Positions 22,775 through 32,039 of a DNA stretch of 41,879 nt are shown in pieces. A model generated the notes under the pieces. That model was not told the DNA's origin. It worked only from the letters and a program-made list of their open reading frames with translations, and made no database searches. The stretch lies in contig CBDTYI010000001.1 of the NCBI GenBank assembly GCA_965364565.1, positions 1 through 41,879 on the forward strand, read 5' to 3'. The position numbers and the translations under genes were made by a program. The stretch comes from an uncultured Gammaproteobacteria bacterium. Lineage in GTDB: Bacteria > Pseudomonadota > Gammaproteobacteria > DSM-19610. Within the stretch, counting starts at the first letter, position 1; each line of letters starts with the position of its first letter.

Positions 22775-23983
22775 ATGGACGATATTTTCATCGGCCGACA
22801 ACCGATCTACGACCGCGAGCTGAGTGTCTACGCCTACGAGCTGCTGTTTCGTGCCGCGCCGGACAATACGGCATGCTTCAGCGACGGCGACCAGGCGACG
22901 TCCAATGTCATTGTCAACACCTTTATGGAAATCGGGCTGGATAACATCGTCGGCCAGCGCCTTGCATTCATCAATCTCACCCGCTCTTTCCTGGTGGAGC
23001 AGGACAATATCTGTCTGCCCAGGGAGCGTGTGGTGCTGGAACTGCTCGAGCACATCGAGCCCGACGCCGAGGTTATCGAAGGCATCAAGCGGCTGGCGGC
23101 ACAAGGCTATGCAATTGCGCTGGATGATTTTGTCTACCATGACGCGCTGCAGCCGCTGGTGCAGCTGGCCGACATCGTCAAGGTCGACGTCATGGCCCAG
23201 CAGCCTGACGAAATCCGCAGCCAGGTACACAAGCTGCGCCAGCACCCCCTGAAACTGCTGGCGGAAAAAGTGGAGACGCGCGACGAATTCGATTTCTGCC
23301 TGGACCTCGGTTTCGACTATTTCCAGGGCTATTTCTTTGCCCAGCCGCAGGTCCTGCGCGGCCAGCGCCTGCCCAATAACCGGCTCGCCATTTTGCACCT
23401 GCTCAGCCGGTTGCAGGACCCGAACATCACACCGGCCGAGCTCGAAGAGCTGATCGTGCAGGACGTGACCTTCAGCTACCGGATCCTGCGCTACGTAAAC
23501 TCGGCCGCCTTTTCACTGGCGCGCAAGATCGAGTCAATCCACCAGGCCGTGGTGATCCTGGGCCAGCAGACTATAAAGACCTGGACCACCCTGCTGGCCA
23601 TGTCGCAGGTGGACAACAAACCCACCGAGCTGGTCGTCACCGCCATGGTACGCGGCAAAATGGCCGAGGCTCTCGCCAAGACGCTGAAGGTCCCGCACCC
23701 GGAATCGTTCTTCACGGTCGGCCTGTTCTCAGCGCTGGACGCGCTGATGGACAATACCATGCAGGAAATTCTCACCCAGCTGCCGCTGGCAGAACACATT
23801 TCCAATGCTCTGTTGTATCACGAGGGCATACACGGCAAGGTACTGGCATCCGTGCTTGCCTATGAACGCGGCGCGTGGGAACAGGCGGGCTGCGAGAGAC
23901 TGAGCGCGTCGCAAGTCCGCGACTGCTACCTCACGGCGCTGCGCTGGGCAGGTGATGTCAGCCAGCAGCTGGTGAAAAAGTAA
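22775..23983 (+). CDS. EAL-HDOD c-di-GMP signalling protein (YuxH/CdgJ-like)
   Basis: IGRQPI, YELLFR, IALDDF, LAEKVET and FQGYFF, followed by HDOD motifs (LRYVNSA, GLFSALDA). Confidence 0.9.
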   Translation: MDDIFIGRQPIYDRELSVYAYELLFRAAPDNTACFSDGDQATSNVIVNTFMEIGLDNIVGQRLAFINLTRSFLVEQDNICLPRERVVLELLEHIEPDAEVIEGIKRLAAQGYAIALDDFVYHDALQPLVQLADIVKVDVMAQQPDEIRSQVHKLRQHPLKLLAEKVETRDEFDFCLDLGFDYFQGYFFAQPQVLRGQRLPNNRLAILHLLSRLQDPNITPAELEELIVQDVTFSYRILRYVNSAAFSLARKIESIHQAVVILGQQTIKTWTTLLAMSQVDNKPTELVVTAMVRGKMAEALAKTLKVPHPESFFTVGLFSALDALMDNTMQEILTQLPLAEHISNALLYHEGIHGKVLASVLAYERGAWEQAGCERLSASQVRDCYLTALRWAGDVSQQLVKK

Positions 23984-24001
23984 GCGACTGGCGTGATTCT
24001 G

Positions 24002-24043
24002 TTGATCCAGGTCAAAGAACCGGCCGTGGTCCGCGGGTAGTGT
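24002..24043 (+). promoter_or_regulatory. FNR-type class II promoter (FNR box plus -10)
   Basis: TTGATCCAGGTCAA at 24002-24015 (9/10 match to TTGAT-N4-ATCAA); TAGTGT at 24038-24043, 22 nt downstream, which is the spacing of a -41.5 site. Confidence 0.6.
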
Positions 24044-24049
24044 AGTTTC

Positions 24050-24174
24050 CGGTTGGACTAGTGATGGGCATGGAGCGGGGAGACGCTGACTGCTCTGTCT
24101 CCCCGCTCCGCTGCCTCCAAGCTTCAGCCTTCCTTCCCGTCTTTACCGCGGCGCTGCAAACGCTGCGGTTTTCT
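24050..24174 (+). ncRNA. Candidate FNR-activated small regulatory RNA (alternatively a structured ppx leader)
   Basis: 13-bp perfect stem 24072-24084/24097-24109, C/U-rich linker at ~24121-24144, and terminator ACCGCGGCG/CGCTGCGGT plus T-tract. Confidence 0.5.
24145..24174 (+). terminator. Intrinsic terminator
   Basis: ACCGCGGCG-CTGCAAA-CGCTGCGGT followed by TTTCT. Confidence 0.65.
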
Positions 24175-24233
24175 GTTGCAGAAACAATGGGCCTCAGGAA
24201 CAATGCGGCAACTCCATTGATTGCAGAAAGCCG

Positions 24234-25733
24234 GTGAGCAACGCGAGCGACACCCGCACCCTGGCAGCCGTCGACCTCGGCTCCAACAGCTTCCACATGA
24301 TTGTAGGCCGCTTTCAGAACGGCCAGCTGCAGCTTATCGACCGCCTGCGGGAACCCGTGCGCCTGGCGGCGGGATTGACTGAAAAACACCAGCTGGACCC
24401 GGCAGTGGCGCAGCGGGCTCTCGACTGCCTGGAGCGTTTCGGACAGCGGGTACGCGATCTGGATCCGGACAACGTACGCGCGGTCGGCACTAATACCCTG
24501 CGACGTCTGCAGTCCGGCGGGCGCTTTCTGGACCCGGCCCAGCAGGCTCTGGGGCACAGTATAGAGATCATTTCCGGCATCGAGGAAGCGCGCCTTATTC
24601 ACCTCGGCGTTGCCCACAGCCTGCCGGACCCCGGCGGTCGCCGCCTGGTGGTGGATATCGGCGGTGGCAGTACCGAGATCATCATCGGGGAGGGCCTGGT
24701 ACCGATTCAGCTGGAAAGCCTGTACATGGGCTGCGTGAGCATGAGCGAACGTTACTTCGCTGACGGCACTATCCGCAAAGCCAATATGAAAGACGCCATT
24801 CTGGCGGCACGGCTCGAACTGCAATCCAGCAAGCACTTGTTCCGCCGTCTCGGGTGGTCAATGGCAACCGGTTCCTCGGGGACCATCCGTACCATACGGG
24901 ACGTGGTGGTGGAACGAGGCTGGAGCGATAACGGTATCAGCGCCGACTCACTCAAGAAACTCCGCGTGGCGCTGGTGGACAGCGGTCATGCCGACAAAAT
25001 CGATTTCACCGCCGTCAGCGAGGACCGCAAACCGGTGTTCGCGGGTGGCGTCGCCGTCCTCAGCGCCGTGTTTCACGCGCTCAAGATCGAGCGCATGCTG
25101 CATTCCACCGGCGCGTTACGCGAAGGGCTGCTGTATGACCTGATCGGCCGTATCCAGCACCAGGACGTGCGCGAATCGAGCGTACAGGCCATGGCCCAGC
25201 GCTATCACGTTGACCTGGAACAGGCGCAAAGAGTGGAACAAACCGCGCTGCTGCTGTTAGACAGCGCAGCCGCACCCTGGCAGTTACAGCTGGACGACGC
25301 CCGCCGATGGCTGCACTGGGCGGCACTGCTGCATGAGATGGGTCTGGTAATTGCGCACAGCGGTTACCACAAACACGGCGCCTACCTGGTGGAGTACTCT
25401 GATCTGGCCGGATTTTCGCGCCGCGATCAACGCCTGCTGGGGGCGCTGGTGCGCAGTCACAGGCGCAAGTTCCGCAAGTCCGTCATCGAGAGCCTGCCCG
25501 CGAGCCTGCGTGGCACAGCAACCCGCCTTGCTATTCTGCTGCGACTGGCGGTGCTGCTGCATCGTAATCGCTCGCACCAGCCGCCGCCCGATTTCCGCGT
25601 GGAGGCACAGACCGGCTACCTCAAGCTGACGTTCCCGAACCACTGGCTGGACAAACACGCGCTTACCCGTGCCGATCTGACCATCGAACGCAAGCAATTG
25701 AAAAGCACTGGCATAAAGCTGGAGTTCAGTTAG
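24234..25733 (+). CDS. ppx: Exopolyphosphatase (Ppx/GppA family)
   Basis: AAVDLGSNSFH, ISGIEEARL, DIGGGSTE, ALREG, HD-like LHEMG C-terminal domain. Confidence 0.93.
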   Translation: MSNASDTRTLAAVDLGSNSFHMIVGRFQNGQLQLIDRLREPVRLAAGLTEKHQLDPAVAQRALDCLERFGQRVRDLDPDNVRAVGTNTLRRLQSGGRFLDPAQQALGHSIEIISGIEEARLIHLGVAHSLPDPGGRRLVVDIGGGSTEIIIGEGLVPIQLESLYMGCVSMSERYFADGTIRKANMKDAILAARLELQSSKHLFRRLGWSMATGSSGTIRTIRDVVVERGWSDNGISADSLKKLRVALVDSGHADKIDFTAVSEDRKPVFAGGVAVLSAVFHALKIERMLHSTGALREGLLYDLIGRIQHQDVRESSVQAMAQRYHVDLEQAQRVEQTALLLLDSAAAPWQLQLDDARRWLHWAALLHEMGLVIAHSGYHKHGAYLVEYSDLAGFSRRDQRLLGALVRSHRRKFRKSVIESLPASLRGTATRLAILLRLAVLLHRNRSHQPPPDFRVEAQTGYLKLTFPNHWLDKHALTRADLTIERKQLKSTGIKLEFS

Positions 25734-25806
25734 CCCGGCAACAGATTCCCGACCCGTCTGAAAGCAGCGCGGGCAACACCTTGCGGCTGCCAGAGGTCGA
25801 TGCCGC

Positions 25807-27783
25807 CTAGTGTAACCCGCCCCTGATATTGCCCCCCTCGAGCAACAGACAGCCGGATGGGTCCCGCAACGCCTGCCAGCCCGGTGCGACATAGGTGGTC
25901 GCCACCGTATCGATGATCACCGCGGGTCCCGCACACGGCGTGTCAAATTCCAGCTCATGCCGCTGCCATACATCGACCAGCCCCTCGCAGCCGGCCAACT
26001 CGGCACGCTCAAAAGGCTTGCCGGCAGACGCCTTCCAGCCGGTCTGCAAGCCGAATTCGCCGTGCCTGGCGGCCAGGGAGACGCGTAGGTTGACCAGTTC
26101 GACCGGCGCCCGGAGCCGATGGCCGAAACGCTGCTGGTGCGCGGCATGGAAGTCTTCGAGCGCCTGACGTACACCGCAGTACGGGATATTCAGTGTATAA
26201 CTCTGGCCCCGATAGCGCATGTCGAGACTGAAGCCGGTGGTTATGGCGGCGGCTTCCACACCCTCTTCGATCAGTTCGGCGCGGCCCGCCGCGGCCAGCG
26301 CCTGCAGACGGCCGTTCAGCTGCGCATCGCTCTGCTGCTCGATGAGACCCGGAACGGCATGCGAAAGCTGGCGTCCGCGCGGCGCCGCCAGCATGCCGAG
26401 GGCGGACAGCACACCGGCGTGCACCGGCACCAGCGCCTGGCGAATGCCCAGTGCCTCGGCGAGCGCGCAGACGTGCAGGCCGCCGGCACCGCCGAATGCG
26501 GTGAGTGTAAAACCGGCCGGATCGATACCTTTCTGCACCGAGATCACACGCAGCGCCTGGGCCATGTGCTGGTTGGCGACCTCGACAATCCCGAAGGCCA
26601 TCTGCTCGGCTGTCAACCGCAGCCGCCGGGCGAGCCGACCCACCGCCTCCCTTGCCGCGTGCAGATCCAGCTGCATCTCCCCGCCCAGAAACGCCGCAGG
26701 ACGCAGGCGGCCCAGCACCAGATTGGCATCGGTCACCGTCGCCAGAACGCCGCCCTGGCCGTAGCAGGCCGGCCCTGGGTCCGCGCCTGCCGATTGCGGC
26801 CCCACGGCCAGCATACCACCCTCATCGACGTAGGCGATCGAACCGCCACCGGCACCGATGGTGTGCATGTCGACCATGGGCACGGCCACCGGGTAGGGCC
26901 CGATACGTCCTTCCGAGGTCAGGTTCAGCTGACCATCGATCAAGGCCACATCGGTGGACGTACCGCCCATATCGAAGCTCAGCAGGCGCGAACGTCCCAG
27001 CTCGGCACCGATACGCTGCGCGCCCATCAGCCCCCCCGCGGGACCCGACAGCAGCAGATTGACGGCGCGCTGCGCCGCCTGGTCGGCCCGCATGGTCAGC
27101 CCGGAACTCTGCATGACGTGAACCGGGGCCGGTGCAACGGCGCGCTGCAGTCGCCGCACATAGCCCTGCACCCTGGGCCCTACCCAGGCATTCAGCCAGG
27201 TCGCGATCCCGCGCTCGTATTCACCCTGTTCGGGCAGGACCTCGGAGGAGCGGGATATAAACAGATGATCGGGCAGACACGCCTCGATGCGGCGTTCAAA
27301 GCGGTCATCAAGATAGGAGAACAACAGGTTGATGGCCACCGCTTCGGGCGCCAGCGCTTTTATGCGGGCCACGAGCTCAGCACACTCGGCCTCCCCAAGC
27401 ACCTCCACGGTCCTGCCATCGGCGCCCAAGCGCCCGCCCGTTTCCAGGCACAATTCAGCCGGCACCGGTGGCGGCGCCAGCGGCGGCTGCAGATTGTAGA
27501 GCTCTCGGCGAGCCTGGCGCCCAAGGGACAGCACATCACCCAGACCGTAATTGGTGACATAAGCAGCACGCACCCCTTTGCCTTCGAGCACCGCATTGGT
27601 GGCAACCGTGGAGCCGTGTACCAGGTAGAAAGAGCTGCCCTCTAACCCGAGCTCGCGCACCCCCTGCAGTATCGCCCGTTCCGGTGCGCCCGGCGTCGAC
27701 AGCACCTTGTGGGTCCTGATCTGGGTGCCATCAAAGCAGACGAAATCGGTGAAAGTCCCGCCCGTATCAACGCCGAGCAGCAT
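25807..27783 (-). CDS. Hydantoinase/5-oxoprolinase A-type (ATP-binding) subunit
   Basis: GVDTGGTFTD, HGSTVATNA, SGPAGG, DMGGTSTDV, GAGGGS, FGGAGGLH; start placed at ATG 27783. Confidence 0.9.
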   Translation of the reverse strand: MLLGVDTGGTFTDFVCFDGTQIRTHKVLSTPGAPERAILQGVRELGLEGSSFYLVHGSTVATNAVLEGKGVRAAYVTNYGLGDVLSLGRQARRELYNLQPPLAPPPVPAELCLETGGRLGADGRTVEVLGEAECAELVARIKALAPEAVAINLLFSYLDDRFERRIEACLPDHLFISRSSEVLPEQGEYERGIATWLNAWVGPRVQGYVRRLQRAVAPAPVHVMQSSGLTMRADQAAQRAVNLLLSGPAGGLMGAQRIGAELGRSRLLSFDMGGTSTDVALIDGQLNLTSEGRIGPYPVAVPMVDMHTIGAGGGSIAYVDEGGMLAVGPQSAGADPGPACYGQGGVLATVTDANLVLGRLRPAAFLGGEMQLDLHAAREAVGRLARRLRLTAEQMAFGIVEVANQHMAQALRVISVQKGIDPAGFTLTAFGGAGGLHVCALAEALGIRQALVPVHAGVLSALGMLAAPRGRQLSHAVPGLIEQQSDAQLNGRLQALAAAGRAELIEEGVEAAAITTGFSLDMRYRGQSYTLNIPYCGVRQALEDFHAAHQQRFGHRLRAPVELVNLRVSLAARHGEFGLQTGWKASAGKPFERAELAGCEGLVDVWQRHELEFDTPCAGPAVIIDTVATTYVAPGWQALRDPSGCLLLEGGNIRGGLH

Positions 27784-28852
27784 GGCCGGGTTCTTCGGCA
27801 ACACAGTTGCGTCCCCGCTGTTTAGCCTGGTACATGGCGGCGTCGGCGCGCTGCAGGAGGGTGTGGTCATCATCGCCGTCGCGGCGCACCGCCAGGCCCT
27901 GACTGATGGTCAGCTGCAGGTTCTGCCCGGCGACGCGGATGGGGTCGGCGGCAATGCGCTGGCGTATGCGCTCGGCGATCTGCTGGGCGGTGTGCCGTGA
28001 GGTGTTCTCCAGCAGGATCACGAATTCCTCGCCGCCGAAGCGGCCTACCACATCGAACTCGCGCAACGCCGCCTTGATGCGTGCCGCCACCTCTTCGAGC
28101 ACCTTGTCGCCTACCAGGTGGCCGTGGCTATCGTTGATTACTTTGAAGCGGTCCGGGTCTGCCATGATCAGACACAGCGGCTGGCCGGTTTTGGCCGCGC
28201 GTTTGAGGGCGTCCTGCATCTCGTGCAGCAGGCTGGTGCGACTCGACGCCCCGGTCAGGGCATCCCGTTCCAGCTGTTTGCGCAACAGCGTCTGCTGGCG
28301 CTCCAGATGACGCACCGAGCGGTCCGGCTCTTCGATCTCCACCCGATGGTAGACCTCGGCCGCCAGAGCTATATCGAGGGTGATCAGCCGCGCCACCAGA
28401 CCACCCAGCGCCTGCCGCCCCGCCTCGTCACCGAGCCGCTCAACGATCGCATCCAGGAGCAACCCCTGCAACAGGCCGAACGCGGACAGATACAGGCTCA
28501 GCGGCACTCCCACCCGGGCATGCGCAATCCCCATCCGGGCCCGGCCTTCGAAGTATTCGGCCGCCCGGCAGTCGACGCCGAACACCTCGAAATAGGCAAC
28601 CTGCCGCTCCTTCAAATGGTCGAGATCAAAGCTCGAAAGCAGCTCGGCCGCCTGCGCATGGCGCATCAGCTGGGCGAAGAAGCGGTCCACCACCTGCTCG
28701 ACCACCTCCTGCGCGAGGACCTGTTCGTGCAGTTGCCGCACCTGGTCATCGGGACAGGCATCCAGACCCACCAGTAGCAACTGCGCCTGGCGCCACTCGG
28801 CGTCAAAGCCGAATTGTTCACACAGCGGGGTTTCAGGCTTTTCAGCGGACAT
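27767..28852 (-). CDS. Globin-coupled (protoglobin) diguanylate cyclase
   Basis: N-terminal sensor globin (VVDRFF...HLKERQ...GIAHARVGV, putative proximal His); C-terminal GGEEF with RxxD I-site (REFD). Confidence 0.85.
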   Translation of the reverse strand: MSAEKPETPLCEQFGFDAEWRQAQLLLVGLDACPDDQVRQLHEQVLAQEVVEQVVDRFFAQLMRHAQAAELLSSFDLDHLKERQVAYFEVFGVDCRAAEYFEGRARMGIAHARVGVPLSLYLSAFGLLQGLLLDAIVERLGDEAGRQALGGLVARLITLDIALAAEVYHRVEIEEPDRSVRHLERQQTLLRKQLERDALTGASSRTSLLHEMQDALKRAAKTGQPLCLIMADPDRFKVINDSHGHLVGDKVLEEVAARIKAALREFDVVGRFGGEEFVILLENTSRHTAQQIAERIRQRIAADPIRVAGQNLQLTISQGLAVRRDGDDDHTLLQRADAAMYQAKQRGRNCVAEEPGHAARR

Positions 28853-28941
28853 GAGAGGGCTATCCAAATCGGTAATGCTTTACGTTATGCTTAGCCACCG
28901 TCTGGGCACGGATACACGGTTTAGAGCCAATCATAAAGCAC

Positions 28942-29892
28942 ATGGATGCAAAAATCCTGATCAGCGTCGAACAACTGTACCGTTATTATGGACATTACCT
29001 CGCCGTCGAAGCGATCAGCTTCGAATTGAATCAGGGCGAAGTGCTCGGTTTGCTGGGACCCAACGGAGCGGGCAAGTCCAGCACCATGCAGATGATCAGC
29101 GGCAACCTGGCGCCGAGTGCCGGCCGTATCCGCATTAACGGTATCGATTTGCTCGATGATCCCAAGGGCGCCAAGGCGGAAATCGGCTATCTGCCCGAGC
29201 AGCCCCCCGTATACCGCGATCTCACCGTCGACGAGTACCTGGCGTACTGCGCCCGTCTGCACCGGGTCAGCAAAGCCCGGCGCGGCCCGGCGGTGCGCCA
29301 GGCCAAGCAGCGCTGCGGTCTGGGGGGTGTGGGCAGACGCCTGATAGGCAACCTGTCCAAGGGCTTCCAGCAGCGGGTGGGCATCGCGCAGGCGATCCTG
29401 CACAACCCGGCGGTGGTGATACTCGACGAGCCGACTGTGGGACTGGATCCGAACCAGATCCGCGATATACGCAGCCTGATCCGCGAACTGGGCGAGAGCC
29501 ACGGAATCATCCTTTCCACCCACATCCTGCCCGAGGTACAGGCCACCTGTACGCGCGTGCAGATCATTCACCAGGGCCGACTGGTATTCGCGCAGACCAT
29601 ACAGGAGCTGGAAGAGCGCCTGACCAGTCACGTGCTGCTACTGGAAACGCGCCAGCCTCTCGATGCAGCCGGGCTGGCCGCCGTCTCCGGCATCGACGAC
29701 GTTGAACTGCTGGGCGCCAGGCACGCCCGCCTGCACTTCACCGACAGCAACCCCGCCGACGCGGTCGCCGCCTATGTGGCCGATGCGGGCCTGGGTCTGG
29801 TCGAGCTGGCGCTTGACCGCCAGACTCTGGAACAGGTGTTTGTGGAACTCACCTGCAGCGACCGGCCCGAAACGGTCGAGGACGCTGCCTGA
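28942..29892 (+). CDS. ABC transporter ATP-binding protein (GldA-like)
   Basis: GPNGAGKS, LSKGFQQRVG, ILDEPT, STH. Confidence 0.93.
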   Translation: MDAKILISVEQLYRYYGHYLAVEAISFELNQGEVLGLLGPNGAGKSSTMQMISGNLAPSAGRIRINGIDLLDDPKGAKAEIGYLPEQPPVYRDLTVDEYLAYCARLHRVSKARRGPAVRQAKQRCGLGGVGRRLIGNLSKGFQQRVGIAQAILHNPAVVILDEPTVGLDPNQIRDIRSLIRELGESHGIILSTHILPEVQATCTRVQIIHQGRLVFAQTIQELEERLTSHVLLLETRQPLDAAGLAAVSGIDDVELLGARHARLHFTDSNPADAVAAYVADAGLGLVELALDRQTLEQVFVELTCSDRPETVEDAA

Positions 29893-30644
29893 TGATTCTC
29901 ACCATCGCGCTGCGCGAACTGAAGAACCTGTTCCTTTCGCCGCTGGCCTGGGCGATCCTCGCTGTGGTGCAGCTGATCATGGCGTATCTGTTCCTGTCCC
30001 AGCTCGACACCTTCATGCTGCTGCAGCCACGTCTGGCCGGCATCGAGGGCGCCCCCGGCGTCACCGACATCGTCGTCGCCCCCGTATTGCAGACGGTCGG
30101 CTTCCTGCTGCTGCTGGTCGCGCCGGCCATCACCATGCGGGTATTCAGCGACGAGAAACGCAACCGCACCCTCAGCCTGCTGCTTTCCGCACCGGTCTCG
30201 ATGAGTGAAATCGTGCTGGGCAAGTTCCTCGGCGTCACGCTGTTCTTCATACTGCTGCTGTTGATGCTGGCCGCCATGCCGCTGGCACTGTACGCTGGCA
30301 CCTCCCTGGATGCCGGTAAACTGGCCGCCGGGCTACTCGGCCTGGCGCTGCTGCTGGCGAGCTTTGCCGCGGTCGGCATTTTCATGTCGACGCTGACCGA
30401 GCAACCGGTCATCGCCGCCATTAGCAGCTTCGGCCTGCTGTTGCTGCTGTGGATCATCGACTGGAGCGGCGGCGGGCGCGAGGAAATGACCGGGCTGTTC
30501 CACTATCTGTCGCTGCAGACCCACCTGCAATCGTTTCTGAAAGGTCTGTTCAGCAGCGCGGACCTGATCTATTACCTGCTGCTCATTGCAACCTTCCTGG
30601 TGCTCAGTATCCGACGCCTCGACCAGCAGCGCCTGACCGGGTAA
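29892..30644 (+). CDS. ABC-2 type permease (GldF-like)
   Basis: RELKNLFLSPLAW, TMRVFSDEKR, LGKFLG; about 6 transmembrane segments. Confidence 0.88.
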   Translation: MILTIALRELKNLFLSPLAWAILAVVQLIMAYLFLSQLDTFMLLQPRLAGIEGAPGVTDIVVAPVLQTVGFLLLLVAPAITMRVFSDEKRNRTLSLLLSAPVSMSEIVLGKFLGVTLFFILLLLMLAAMPLALYAGTSLDAGKLAAGLLGLALLLASFAAVGIFMSTLTEQPVIAAISSFGLLLLLWIIDWSGGGREEMTGLFHYLSLQTHLQSFLKGLFSSADLIYYLLLIATFLVLSIRRLDQQRLTG

Positions 30645-30648
30645 CGGT

Positions 30649-32019
30649 ATGCAGGTAACCCGCTCTTCAAGACGCCAACTGCAGCTCCAGAACCTGGTGT
30701 TCCTGGCCGGGCTGCTGGTGCTTGTCGGATTGCTGGCCTGGCTCAGCACCCGCTACAGCTACCAGGCCGACTGGACCTCGAGCGGCCGCAATACCCTGTC
30801 GGTCGACAGTCGCAAGCTGCTCGACGAAATGCCCGGACCGATTCACATCACCGCCTTCGCCCGCGAAACCCAGCTACTGCGCGATCACATTGTCGACCTG
30901 GTCGCACGCTACCAGCGCTACAAGCCGGATGTGGAGCTGAGCTTTGTCAACCCGGACGCCGACCCGGACCGGGTGCGCGAACTGGGAATCACTCTGGACG
31001 GCGAGCTGGTGGTGGCTTACCAGGGCCGCAGCGAAAAGGTGCAGGACCTCTCCGAGCAGAACCTGACCAATACCCTGTTGCGCATCGCCCGCCAGAAGCA
31101 GCGGCGCGTTGCCTTCCTGAGCGGTCATGGAGAACGCGATCCCGGCGGCCAGGCCAATCACGACCTGGGTAAATTCGGCGCCCTGCTGGAACACAAAGGG
31201 ATCGCCCTGGAAACTCTGAACCTGGCCGAAACACCGGAGATTCCGACCGACACCAGCCTGCTGGTCATCGCCGATCCGCGTACCTCGCTGCTGGTCGGCG
31301 AGGTACAGCTGATACACCGCTACCTGCGCAGTGGCGGCAATCTGCTGTGGCTGGCGGAACCAGGCCACCAGGCCGGCCTTGAGCCTCTGGCCGAGACCCT
31401 CGGCATCGAGTTTCTTCCCGGCACCATCGTGGACGCCACCACCCAGCTGTTCGGCATCGATAATCCGGCCTTCGCGCTGATTCCGGACTACCCGATGCAC
31501 GCCATCACCCGGGCGATGAACAGCCTGACACTGTTCCCTCAGGCGACTGCCCTGGAGGTAGCGGCTCCCGAACCCTGGCAGGCGGAGGCACTGCTCACCA
31601 CCCTGGACCGGGCCTGGACCGAAATCGGCCCCCTGAACGGCACCGTCCGCTTCGACCAGGACAGCGACGAACGCATGGGCCCCCTGGATATCGGCTTCGC
31701 CTTTACGCGCCCCCGACAGCAGAGAGACGCCGGCGACGAGGGCTCCGCGCAACAGCGCGTGGTGGCAATCGGCGACGCGGATTTTATTTCCAACACCTAC
31801 CTGGGTAACGGAGGGAATATCGACCTCGGTTTGAGCCTGTTCAACTGGCTCAACCACGACGACGCTTTCATCACCATCACGGCGCGCACCGCGGGGGACG
31901 TCAACCTGGAACTGGGTAAAGTGGCTCAGATCGTGATTGGATTCGGATTCCTGTTCGGCATGCCGCTGTTGCTGCTGGGCAGCGGTCTGGCGATCTGGTG
32001 GCGGCGGCGCAACCGCTAG
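30649..32019 (+). CDS. GldG-like ABC auxiliary periplasmic component
   Basis: N- and C-terminal TM helices, DWTSSGRNTLS, FLSGHGE, GGNLL, GDADF...GN. Confidence 0.85.
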   Translation: MQVTRSSRRQLQLQNLVFLAGLLVLVGLLAWLSTRYSYQADWTSSGRNTLSVDSRKLLDEMPGPIHITAFARETQLLRDHIVDLVARYQRYKPDVELSFVNPDADPDRVRELGITLDGELVVAYQGRSEKVQDLSEQNLTNTLLRIARQKQRRVAFLSGHGERDPGGQANHDLGKFGALLEHKGIALETLNLAETPEIPTDTSLLVIADPRTSLLVGEVQLIHRYLRSGGNLLWLAEPGHQAGLEPLAETLGIEFLPGTIVDATTQLFGIDNPAFALIPDYPMHAITRAMNSLTLFPQATALEVAAPEPWQAEALLTTLDRAWTEIGPLNGTVRFDQDSDERMGPLDIGFAFTRPRQQRDAGDEGSAQQRVVAIGDADFISNTYLGNGGNIDLGLSLFNWLNHDDAFITITARTAGDVNLELGKVAQIVIGFGFLFGMPLLLLGSGLAIWWRRRNR

Positions 32020-32039
32020 AGTTACGGTGTAGCGCCGCC

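Noticed and set aside
26119-27645. 508-aa plus-strand ORF, and similar long antisense ORFs (6968-8056, 16361-17440, 22355-23398, 30874-32049, 34405-35577, 40305-41324)
   Set aside because: They lie antisense to well-supported genes, show no recognisable motifs, and are expected shadows of high-GC codon bias.
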